NCBI GenBank assembly: GCA_050696355.1 | Contig: JBOGVD010000085.1 | Span: 5,113-69,112, forward strand | Reading direction: 5' to 3' | DNA length: 64,000 nt | DNA from: Actinomycetota bacterium | Lineage (GTDB): Bacteria; Actinomycetota; UBA4738; HRBIN12 | Shown: positions 56,273 to 64,000 of the stretch, one piece after another | How the letters are laid out: each line of letters opens with the position of its first letter | How positions within the stretch are numbered: the stretch's first letter is position 1 | Notes under the pieces: generated by a model | Told to the model about the DNA's origin: nothing | Database searches by the model: none | What the model saw: the letters and a program-made list of their open reading frames with translations, nothing else | Translations under genes and position numbers: made by a program

Positions 56273-57418
56273 ATGCTGCGATTCAGGATACTTGCCTCCG
56301 TCTTCCTTGGCCTTGCCTCCGTCCAGGCTTGCTCGGGTGATTCAGCAACCGATGAGTGGGTTGCAAAGCGACCCCTTCCAGGATCACCGCATGCCGCTCC
56401 TGTGCTCGTAGACATCGAACGTATCGGTCAGGAATGGATCGCCAGTGGCTCGCAGCCACTGGGAGGAATCAGTCAACCGCTCATTCTTCGGTCGCGTGGC
56501 GCGGATTGGGAGGTCATGCCAATCGAAGGCTCGGGCCGAGGTGGAATCGTGAGATCGGTGGCGCCCTTCACCAGCGGCGGGTTGGCGGCGGGTAGCGTCG
56601 GCACCCGGAAGATGGTTGCCACGCTCTGGGAAAGCCGTGGGAGTGACTGGGCGCTTCTCGCCCAAGACAAGCGGGGAACCCAAGCAACTTTCCGGTCAAT
56701 CGCGGCTGTGCGAGAGCGAGCGATTGCTGTTGGAAGCCTGAAGGTAGGAGGCACGTTCGACGGCCTGGTGTGGCTCTACGATGCCGGCGTCTGGTGGCGT
56801 CCAATCACGGATCAGGCGTACTCGAGTGGGGTAAGCAACGAGATCATTTTGGATGTGACCACGGTCGGAGACCGGGTAGTTGCGGTTGGGATCGAATGGA
56901 CAGGGGCCGGCGCACATGCCGCGGCTTGGTACTCGCCGAATGGAGTCCGTTGGGTTCGTGCGGACATTGAACCCTTAGGCCGGCGTGCCCTGGTTCAGGG
57001 GATGAATTCCGTCGTCGCGACGCCTACCGGAGCTCTTGCTGTTGGCTATGAGGACCGCGATGCCATGGTATGGACTTCGGCAGACGGGATCTCCTGGGAG
57101 CCATCGGCGGCTCTCCCCCCGCCACCCCGTTCGTCCGGAGAGGAGCACTCACTTGTCGCCAACTTCGTAGGTCACGTGGGCTCAGTCGTCTTCGTTGGCG
57201 GTTCGCAGGTGTCAGCTCACAAGCGAACCCCAGTCTGGTGGCGCTCCGGTGGCCCTCGGAAAGCTTGGACGGCGTACCACCTGGGGGTCTCGTCCGACTT
57301 GTCCGAACTGTCGTCGGTCGCAGCCTCTTGGTCCGCCGTTTTGCTTCTAGGCCAGTCCTCAAGCGGATCCTATGTATTGCGGGCGCCAATTGAAAAGGTG
57401 TCCCAGGTCGGCCAATGA
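56273..57418 (+). CDS. beta-propeller-like lipoprotein, hypothetical
   Basis: Lipobox LASVQAC. It has repeated W-containing blades (AAWYSPNGVRWVRAD, MVWTSADGISWEPS, PVWWRSGG). Confidence 0.6.
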   Translation: MLRFRILASVFLGLASVQACSGDSATDEWVAKRPLPGSPHAAPVLVDIERIGQEWIASGSQPLGGISQPLILRSRGADWEVMPIEGSGRGGIVRSVAPFTSGGLAAGSVGTRKMVATLWESRGSDWALLAQDKRGTQATFRSIAAVRERAIAVGSLKVGGTFDGLVWLYDAGVWWRPITDQAYSSGVSNEIILDVTTVGDRVVAVGIEWTGAGAHAAAWYSPNGVRWVRADIEPLGRRALVQGMNSVVATPTGALAVGYEDRDAMVWTSADGISWEPSAALPPPPRSSGEEHSLVANFVGHVGSVVFVGGSQVSAHKRTPVWWRSGGPRKAWTAYHLGVSSDLSELSSVAASWSAVLLLGQSSSGSYVLRAPIEKVSQVGQ

Positions 57419-58461
57419 AGAGCAGCGAAGGGACTTCGGGAGGAGGCCCCCGACAGCACCCAGCCCAGCGAGGACCTCTGGCAGGAGCCATCGTGATTGG
57501 AATTCTTGCGCCAGCGGTTCAGGTAGTCTCCCAATTCCAGGGCGCGAGACAGGCTTCTGACGCGGTCGTCCAAGGCTCGTTCCAACAGAGTTTGGCGTTT
57601 GGCATCCTTCCGTACCTTGCCGTCACTGTTGCAGGGGTTGCTATTGCCGTCACACGGGGCCGGCTGCTGGTAGCACTCCCTGCTCTTGTCTTCCTCATCG
57701 TTGGCTATGTCTCTGGGGATCTTTCCGCGACCGGTGGCGCCTTGAGTAATTGGCCATCCGACGACCCCCTCCGCTATGCTTGGGGTTTCTCACTCGCACT
57801 CATACCCGCTCTAGTCGCCTCATTGTTCGCGTCTCGACCTACTGAGTGGGAAGTCAGCCCGCCTGTCACATCAGCGGCGGCCGCTGGCACCGCAGCATTG
57901 GTCGGTATGGCAATCGCTGTAGTTCTGGTAGTGAGGGGTGCCTTGTTCGGCTGGGCTATCCTTGATGGCGTCGATCGATTTGCCATCGTGGTGGTGACAG
58001 CCGCAATCATAAGCTCTTTGCGCTGGTGGATCTTCCTCTGGATGGTTCCTATCGTGATTCTCTTGGCGCCTGAGCTCTGGCCGTTCCTGGTCCCTGGCTC
58101 GTCTAGCTTGCGCTCATCTCTCGATGCACCGTTTCTGCTGGCTTCTGCGGGCATCGCGTTCGGCTGGAGGACGTACAGCCGACCCCTCGATTCCTTCCAT
58201 CGCTCACCTCGTCAGCTCTTGTTCGCTGTTGTTGCGCTGAATACTCTCGACGCCGTGTTGACCGAACTCGTCGTGGCGACCGGGCGGGGTGAGGAGCTCA
58301 ATCCGCTCGTAACCATCATCGGCCTGCCCATCAAGCTGGTGGTCGTACCCATAGTTGCCTGGCTCATTTACCGAGTGAGGCCTGGGGCACTTTTTATCCC
58401 TGCCTTGGCGCTTGGCGGTGTTCTATGCTGGCATCTTGGCGGGGTCCTGATCAATATCTAG
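57415..58461 (+). CDS. polytopic membrane protein with a DUF5658-like C-terminus, hypothetical
   Basis: ATGA overlap with the upstream gene and about 9-10 TM helices. The C-terminal LNTLDAVLTELVVATGRGEELNPLV pattern resembles DUF5658. Confidence 0.6.
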   Translation: MKSSEGTSGGGPRQHPAQRGPLAGAIVIGILAPAVQVVSQFQGARQASDAVVQGSFQQSLAFGILPYLAVTVAGVAIAVTRGRLLVALPALVFLIVGYVSGDLSATGGALSNWPSDDPLRYAWGFSLALIPALVASLFASRPTEWEVSPPVTSAAAAGTAALVGMAIAVVLVVRGALFGWAILDGVDRFAIVVVTAAIISSLRWWIFLWMVPIVILLAPELWPFLVPGSSSLRSSLDAPFLLASAGIAFGWRTYSRPLDSFHRSPRQLLFAVVALNTLDAVLTELVVATGRGEELNPLVTIIGLPIKLVVVPIVAWLIYRVRPGALFIPALALGGVLCWHLGGVLINI

Positions 58462-58544
58462 TACGGACGATGGGGAAAACGGGAGCTGCAGTGGCCAACA
58501 CGAAGCGCTGGATCTAGGGCTCAGCGATATCGTGGCTTGGCATA

Positions 58545-59106
58545 TTGAGGCAGTTGGCCCGGTGATGTCGGTGAGCCACAGCTCGTTCCGACCCGAGGCC
58601 GTGAAGGTGCGCCGGACCAGGTCGTCGTGCACCGCCGGGCCGGGACGCCTGGCACTCCGCTTCCTGCGATGCAGCACCGAGGCGATGCCGTTTGTGGAAG
58701 GCCTGGGGTGTGAACCGGAGCACCCGGCAGGTCACCGTCACGGGGATCCCCGAGGCGGCAAGGTCACGGACCGGCGGGTAGATATTTTGCGTTCACGCCT
58801 TGCCCGAGGTAGATCGCTGCACGCCGCAGCACCTCGTTCTCCTGCTCGAGCAGCCGGTTGCGCTTCTTGAGCTCTCGGATCTCGGCCTCTTCAGCCATCG
58901 TCAGGGCCTCGCGCTGGCCGTCTTCGATCTCCGCACGGCGGCCCAGCGAAACAAGCACGACTGCGAGATCCCGAAGTCCCTCGCTACCTGGCTCAGGGAT
59001 GCGCCACGTCGACGGGCGACCGCGACGACGTCACGACGGAACTCCTTCGGGAACGCTTTGGGCATGGGTTCCTTCCCTTCCAGTGCCGTGATTCGATCAC
59101 AAGTCA
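58545..59106 (-). mobile_element. IS3-family insertion sequence remnant (frameshifted orfA, internally deleted and 3'-truncated orfB)
   Basis: My translation gives MPKAFPKEFRRDVVAVARRRGASLSQVARDFGISQSCL, then in another frame LGRRAEIEDGQREALTMAEEAEIRELKKRNRLLEQENEVLRRAAIYL. The orfB pieces are IYPPVRDLAASGIPVTVTCRVLRFTPQAFHK and PAVHDDLVRRTFTASGRNELWLTDIT. No DDE domain remains. Confidence 0.75.
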
Positions 59107-59685
59107 GGAGTCAACTGAAGCTGGGGCAGACCCCCCTATCCCATTCTCATGAGGCGGCGGCGATGAAAGCTAGACTGATTCGTCCCGGGAAGACGGTTTC
59201 GGCAGCCTTTCTCATTGCCGTCGTCGTTGGAGAGGCCGCCGGTATCGCGCTTGGGGTGGATGACACACGTCCAAGAATCGGAGGCTGGCCCGAGGACCGA
59301 CTCCCCCATTTCTCCCCACCAAGGGAGAGGGCCCGATCAGCCCGCTCGTTAGGCGATCGGGCCTTGCGCCGGGATCGCGCTTGACGTCGCAGACGTCGAT
59401 CCGCGGCGAGCTCCCTTAGAAATCCCGGCCTTGATTTTGACAGCCTTCGCGACCTGGCGCGTCTTTGTGTCGGTCGACAGCCTGCTCCACGCTCCGCTTG
59501 CCCGGACCTGGACGCGCCTCGCCAACCGGACCCGCGCGGTTGCAGGCTTCGCCCGCCGCGTCCGGTACACGGGGAGGAGCGCTCAGGATCGCCCGGACGG
59601 GCCGTGACCTTCGCCTTCGAAATCTCCTCAACTTCTCCCCGGCAACTGGCGACACGGTGCGCCGCGCATCCCCGCCTTTGTATGC

Positions 59686-60009
59686 ATGGAGATGATCACA
59701 CCCAAGACCTGCTCGCCGGTGAAACTCCGCCGCCAGGCGGCGGACGCCCAACCGCCGTCGCCGGATGACACCCAGCGTGCTGTGGAGAATCCTGAGCGCT
59801 CCGGGCCAGGCACTTTCGGGATCGACCAAGCCCTGACGTCGATCGCGCGGCCGAAGGCTCGCTTCGACGCTCTGAAGACGAGGAGGCGCGGCTACCCGGC
59901 CGCCGGGCCTCTGGCCGGTCCGCTCGCCAAGCCGGCCGCCGCATCATCATCCGGCGCGTCCTCCCCCACCATTCGGACTGCTCATGCGTCGTGCGAGGTG
60001 GCCGGATGA
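59686..60009 (+). CDS. hypothetical protein, coupled to the Replic_Relax gene
   Basis: Mostly G/C-ending codons. Its TGA (60007-60009) overlaps ATG 60006 of the next gene (ATGA). Confidence 0.4.
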   Translation: MEMITPKTCSPVKLRRQAADAQPPSPDDTQRAVENPERSGPGTFGIDQALTSIARPKARFDALKTRRRGYPAAGPLAGPLAKPAAASSSGASSPTIRTAHASCEVAG

Positions 60010-60854
60010 GTGCCCGGGATCACGTTCCACTTCGTTCACGTTCTTCTTCTCGATCTGCTTCTTTGATCACGAGCTACTCGCACCGATTGACCAGAGGGGA
60101 CTTCGAGATCCTGATCGAGCTTTACGAGCACAGAGTCCTTACCACTCCGCAGATCTACGAGCTTCACTTCGACACCCACACCCGTGCTTCCAAGCGGATG
60201 CTCCAGCTCTACCGCCTCGGACTGGCGGAACGCTTCCGTCCCCACACCCCGACAGGATCGGCGCCCTGGCACTACACGCTCGATGAGCCGGGAGCCCGCC
60301 TGGTCGCCGCTCGCCAGGAGATCGACTTCAAGGACTTCACCTTCAAGAAGGCCCGGATCTTCGATGTCGCCGGGAGCCCGAGGCTCCGGCACCGCGTCGA
60401 GTGCAACGGCTTCTTCGCCCGGCTCACCCTTACCTGCCGACGGCGCGGCTGGGACATCGAGTGGATCGGCGAGCGGCGGGCGACGGCTTCGTGGGACTCA
60501 AGGATCACCCCGGACGGGATCGGGCGCATCCAGGCGGGAGATCGGAAGATCTCGTTCTTCCTGGAGTACGACCGCGGGACAGAATCGCACGAACAGCTCG
60601 CGATCAAGACCTACCGCTACCGCCTGATCGGCCGCACCGTTCGCTCGGAGGACGCGCTGCTGTTCGTGTTCCCTAGCGCCGCCCGGGAGCGCCATGCGCG
60701 GAGCGCGCTCATCGGCTCCTCCGTTCCAGTCGCAACGGGAGTACGGGCCGAGGTGATGCGCCACCCGCTCGAAGCGGTGTGGCTGCCGCTTGGCGATGAC
60801 CGCCGCCGGATGATCCTGGACCTGCCCAGAACGCCCCGTGACCAGCCCGGGTGA
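60006..60854 (+). CDS. replication-relaxation (Replic_Relax, PF13814-like) family protein
   Basis: LTRGDFEILIELYEHRVLTTPQIYELHFDTHTRASKRMLQLYRLGLAERFRP...PWHYTLDEPGARLVA is the usual N-terminal wHTH of this family. An alternative start is GTG 59991. Confidence 0.8.
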   Translation: MSARDHVPLRSRSSSRSASLITSYSHRLTRGDFEILIELYEHRVLTTPQIYELHFDTHTRASKRMLQLYRLGLAERFRPHTPTGSAPWHYTLDEPGARLVAARQEIDFKDFTFKKARIFDVAGSPRLRHRVECNGFFARLTLTCRRRGWDIEWIGERRATASWDSRITPDGIGRIQAGDRKISFFLEYDRGTESHEQLAIKTYRYRLIGRTVRSEDALLFVFPSAARERHARSALIGSSVPVATGVRAEVMRHPLEAVWLPLGDDRRRMILDLPRTPRDQPG

Positions 60855-61051
60855 GTGCGGGCGGGAAGGCCGTCCCCGCGGGAGGTGAGGCTCTGGGCGC
60901 GACAGCGGTCCGGGGTAGGCTCGCGCGTTCGAACGCAGGCTGGCTGGAGCCACCGGAGCCGGGCGCCTTGCGTCCTTTAGCTCGGGCGCTGGTCGACCTC
61001 GCGCTGACGCTCGAGGAAGCGGAAGAGGAGAGCAAGCCATGGACGCGGTGA
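60851..61051 (+). CDS. small hypothetical protein
   Basis: GTG 60851 overlaps the preceding TGA (GTGA), and the ORF ends 13 nt inside the recombinase gene. Support is weak. Confidence 0.3.
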   Translation: MSAGGKAVPAGGEALGATAVRGRLARSNAGWLEPPEPGALRPLARALVDLALTLEEAEEESKPWTR

Positions 61052-62607
61052 TCTACCTCCGGGTCTCCACGAAGGAGCAGGCCGCCAAGGACGAGTCAGG
61101 CGAGGGCTACTCGATCCCCGCGCAGCGGGAGGCGTGCCTTCGCCTCGTCGCCGATCGAGGGTGGAACCTTGCCGGCGAGTTCACCGACGCCGGCGAGTCC
61201 GCGCGCACCGCCGACCGCCCGATGCTGAAGGCGCTGCTTCGCCGGGTGGCCGAGGGAGGCATCGGTGCGGTCGTCGTCCACAAGATCGATCGCCTCGCCC
61301 GCTCGATGGAGGACCACGTGGCGATCAGGGCCGCGCTCCGCCGGGCCGGGGTCCAGCTGGTCTCGGTGACGGAGAACATCGAAGAGACGGCCTCGGGGAG
61401 GCTCGTAGAGGGCATCCACGCCCTCATGGCCGAGTTCTACTCGGCGAACCTCGCGGGTGAGATCCGAAAGGGCATGACCCAGAAGGCCAAGATGGGCGGC
61501 TGGCCGACCAAGGCACCGATCGGCTACCTGAACGTCCGGGAGAAGACGGCCGGCAAGGAGATCGCCAAGGTGGTCCTCGACCCCGAGCGGGCCCTGCTCG
61601 TTCGCGAGACCTTCCGCCTCTACGCCACCGGTGAGTATTCCCTCGCCGAGCTCCAAGCCACGATGCACGCGAAAGGGCTGACCTCGCCGTACGCAAGGAG
61701 GCCCGGCGCGCCGGCCTCGGTCTCCAAGCTCGCCGAGCTGCTGGCGAACCCGTTCTACGTCGGCGTCGTGCAGTGGGGAGGGGTCCGTTACCCCGGCCAG
61801 CACAAGGCGCTCGTGCCGCAGAGCCTGTTCGACCGGGTCCAGGAGACGCTTCGGTCCCACAATGTCGCGAGGACCCGTCATCGCCGCCACGAGCAGTACC
61901 TGAAAGGTTTGCTGCATTGCGGGGAGTGCGGTCGGCGACTGTCCCTCACGCTCGCCAAGGGCGCCTACCTGTACTTCTACTGCCTAGGCCAGCGAGGGAC
62001 CGCGCGGACGGGGTGTCGCCAGCCATACATCCAGGTGGGCGACGCCGAGGCGCTCGTCGAGGACCTCTACCGGCAAGTCCAGCTGCCCCCGGCATGGGTG
62101 GAGCGGCTCACCGAAGAGTTGGAGGTCGAGATCGTGGAGCGCCAAGCCGAAGCCTCTGAGCGCCGAGTTCTGCTCACGAAGACGGTCGTCAGGCTCGCCG
62201 AAGAGCGAGGCAAGCTTCTGCAGGCCTTCTACGCGAACGCGATCCCCCTCGATCTCCTGAAGGCCGAGCAGGACCGCATCGGCGTCGCCGAACAGGCGGC
62301 CAAGGCCGAGCTTCATGCGGCGGAGGGCGACCTCGAAGGCTGGCAACAGGTCCTCCAGACGGCAATCAGGCTGGCCGGGAACTGCCACACGGCATATCTC
62401 AAGGCGCGACCGTCCGTGCGACGACGCTTCAACGACGCCGTACTTCAGGCCATCTATATCCGCGATCGCAAGATTGGTCGAGCGGAGTTCTCGGAGGTGT
62501 TCGCGGCTCTCTTCTCTCGCCCGAGTTCGAATAAGAGGCTGAAAGTGGACCCAAGGGGATTCGAACCCCTGACCTCTTGGCTGCCAGCCAAGCGCTCTAC
62601 CAGCTGA
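61039..62607 (+). CDS. large serine recombinase (resolvase N-terminal domain + recombinase domain + zinc ribbon + coiled coil)
   Basis: AVIYLRVSTKEQ (catalytic Ser), VVVHKIDRLARS, GGWPTKAPIGY and CGECGRRLS...FYC. The last 62 nt of the ORF are antisense to tRNA-Ala. Confidence 0.9.
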   Translation: MDAVIYLRVSTKEQAAKDESGEGYSIPAQREACLRLVADRGWNLAGEFTDAGESARTADRPMLKALLRRVAEGGIGAVVVHKIDRLARSMEDHVAIRAALRRAGVQLVSVTENIEETASGRLVEGIHALMAEFYSANLAGEIRKGMTQKAKMGGWPTKAPIGYLNVREKTAGKEIAKVVLDPERALLVRETFRLYATGEYSLAELQATMHAKGLTSPYARRPGAPASVSKLAELLANPFYVGVVQWGGVRYPGQHKALVPQSLFDRVQETLRSHNVARTRHRRHEQYLKGLLHCGECGRRLSLTLAKGAYLYFYCLGQRGTARTGCRQPYIQVGDAEALVEDLYRQVQLPPAWVERLTEELEVEIVERQAEASERRVLLTKTVVRLAEERGKLLQAFYANAIPLDLLKAEQDRIGVAEQAAKAELHAAEGDLEGWQQVLQTAIRLAGNCHTAYLKARPSVRRRFNDAVLQAIYIRDRKIGRAEFSEVFAALFSRPSSNKRLKVDPRGFEPLTSWLPAKRSTS

Positions 62608-62618
62608 GCTATGGGCCC
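62546..62618 (-). tRNA. tRNA-Ala (anticodon GGC)
   Basis: My manual fold of GGGCCCATAGCTCAGCTGGTAGAGCGCTTGGCTGGCAGCCAAGAGGTCAGGGGTTCGAATCCCCTTGGGTCCA gives a 7-bp acceptor stem with G3:U70. The anticodon loop is CTGGCAG and the T loop is TTCGAAT. CCA is not encoded. Confidence 0.95.
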
Positions 62619-62632
62619 TGGAGAGGCCGAGT

Positions 62633-63043
62633 CTAGCGGGCGGAGGAAACGGCGTCGGGCTCTTCCCAGTCGAGACGCGGCGCATCGCGCCACAGGCGCT
62701 CCAGGTCGTAGTAGGCACGCTCTTCGGGGCCGAAGACGTGCACCACGACGTCGATGTAGTCGAGGAGCCACCAGCCGGCGTCGCCCTCTCCCTCCCGCCT
62801 CGCGGGTCGGACGTCGAGCTGCTCGCGGAGCACGCGCTCGACCTCGTCCGCCACGGACTTCACCTGACGCGTGGAGGTCGCGGTGCAGATCACGAAATGG
62901 TCCGTGATCACGATCAGCTCGCTCACGTTCAGGACGACCACGTCCTGGGCCTGCTTCGACGAGGCGGCGCGGGCGGCGGCGGCGGCCGTGTCGCAGCTCG
63001 GCGGGATGGTCCCGCCTCCCCGCTCCTGGTCCCTGCTCGTCAC
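62633..63043 (-). CDS. rsfS: ribosome silencing factor RsfS (iojap-like)
   Basis: DVVVLNVSELIVITDHFVICTATSTRQVKSVADEV...GWWLLDYIDVVVHVF. The GTG start overlaps the upstream stop (GTGA). Confidence 0.9.
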   Translation of the reverse strand: MTSRDQERGGGTIPPSCDTAAAAARAASSKQAQDVVVLNVSELIVITDHFVICTATSTRQVKSVADEVERVLREQLDVRPARREGEGDAGWWLLDYIDVVVHVFGPEERAYYDLERLWRDAPRLDWEEPDAVSSAR

Positions 63044-64000
63044 CCGGTGAAGTCCTCCCCCACGATGATCGTGATGTCCCCGATCCCCGATGGTACCTGG
63101 GACACGCCCACGCGCCCGACCCCGAGAGCCTTGCGGATCTTGCGGGCGTCGGGGACGGCCGCGTCGCCGTTGGCGACCACGCGGGTCCGCTCGTAGCCGA
63201 ACAGGTCGGCGTTCTGCGAGATCACCACCCGGAAACCCAGCGGAACGAGCAGGGCGGCGACGTCCTGTCCGAGGCCGGGCGCCCCGACACCGTTCTGGAC
63301 GATCACCGGCACCGGGCGCCGGGCGCCGAACACCCGCGCGACGGCGCGATCCAGCTCCGGCTGCAGCGGGACGGTGACGCTCCCGGCCACCGACGTCGTG
63401 GGGAAGGTCGCGATGGCTGCGCCCCGAGCTCCGCCGAGCACGCGGCGAACACCGTCCACGCCGTCCGACTCGACGACGTCATCCCCGTCGAGACGGAGGC
63501 GCTGCTGCAGGAGCCCCTGCACCACGGAGGCCCAGCGAACCCCTCCGCCCTCGTCCTCTACCTCGAGCAGCGCGACGACCTGCTCCCCCGTGAGCCGTGC
63601 CGGCCCGGGACCGAGATTCCCGGCGTCCGTGACGTAGAAGCCCGGGACCCGGACGCGAAGACCGTTCCCTCGGTCCACCAAGCGCGCGAGCCCATCCATG
63701 TCGAGCACGGCCACGTGGTCCGCCCAGACGCCGAACGTGTTCGAGACGGCGACCCGGACCGTCTCCGCGTCCAGACCGGCGATCTGGCCCGCGACCACTT
63801 CGCCCTGGCCCGGCACCGTGAGCGTCAAGTCGAATGGAACGCTGAAGAACGCCGGCCGGCGCTGACCCGCACGCGAGCCGATGAGGGCGAGCAGCGGGTC
63901 GTCGCTGCCCACGACCTGCAGCAGCAGGAGCTCGGACGGCTTCGCCGACCGCTGCCCGGTGTCCGACGGGCCGGGACCGCCACCGCCCGCGGGGTCGCCG
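63040..64000 (-). CDS. LCP (LytR-CpsA-Psr) family protein with a LytR_C domain, 3' part (gene continues past the window edge)
   Basis: The C-terminal LytR_C pattern is PVIVQNGVGAPGLGQDVAALLVPLGFRVV...ITIIVGEDF. The frame stays open to position 64000 (…ELLLLQVVGSDD). Confidence 0.7.
   Translation of the reverse strand, partial: GDPAGGGGPGPSDTGQRSAKPSELLLLQVVGSDDPLLALIGSRAGQRRPAFFSVPFDLTLTVPGQGEVVAGQIAGLDAETVRVAVSNTFGVWADHVAVLDMDGLARLVDRGNGLRVRVPGFYVTDAGNLGPGPARLTGEQVVALLEVEDEGGGVRWASVVQGLLQQRLRLDGDDVVESDGVDGVRRVLGGARGAAIATFPTTSVAGSVTVPLQPELDRAVARVFGARRPVPVIVQNGVGAPGLGQDVAALLVPLGFRVVISQNADLFGYERTRVVANGDAAVPDARKIRKALGVGRVGVSQVPSGIGDITIIVGEDFTG

Larger units (their letters stand above)
59107..62545 (+). 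mobile_element. putative small integrative element (Replic_Relax protein + large serine recombinase) abutting tRNA-Ala; left boundary unknown
   Basis: The call rests on gene content and position next to the tRNA. Serine-recombinase att sites leave no long direct repeats, so the ends cannot be fixed by eye. Confidence 0.45.

Overview
This is a high-G+C chromosomal segment with gene order typical of Actinomycetota, and most genes lie on the minus strand. All calls come from motif recognition in the supplied ORF translations and from reading the DNA; no database search was possible. About 80% of the window is conserved housekeeping: dnaG-dgt, ppdK, glyQS, uppS-recO, a deoC/aldehyde dehydrogenase cluster, era-cdd-CNNM-ybeY-phoH-HIT-dnaJ-hrcA with a CIRCE operator, hemW-lepA, rpsT, holA-comEC-comEA, leuS and rsfS. 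Many neighbouring genes are joined by 4-nt ATGA/GTGA stop-start overlaps. The most notable features are listed below.

- **PhoH intein:** phoH is interrupted at its Walker-B region by a 358-aa intein carrying a LAGLIDADG endonuclease. It starts with Ala and has the Trp/Cys/Thr signature of class 3 inteins.
- **Polysaccharide synthase operon:** a stand-alone receiver, a membrane HEAT-repeat protein and a processive GT2 synthase form one operon.
- **Accessory region (about 51.3-62.6 kb, ending at tRNA-Ala(GGC)):**
  - a decayed LLM oxidoreductase gene with a perfect 22-bp tandem duplication
  - a YHS protein plus a MerR-HTH class III cyclase
  - a truncated cyclase fused to an IS481 remnant
  - a visibly lower-G+C cassette of four exported or membrane proteins of unknown function
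  - an IS3 remnant
  - a small integrative element (Replic_Relax protein plus large serine recombinase) whose recombinase ORF reads antisense into the tRNA
- **Apparent frameshifts:** an ECF sigma factor gene and a SAM methyltransferase gene each carry a single frameshift. These may be pseudogenes or assembly errors.

No CRISPR array or rRNA was seen.
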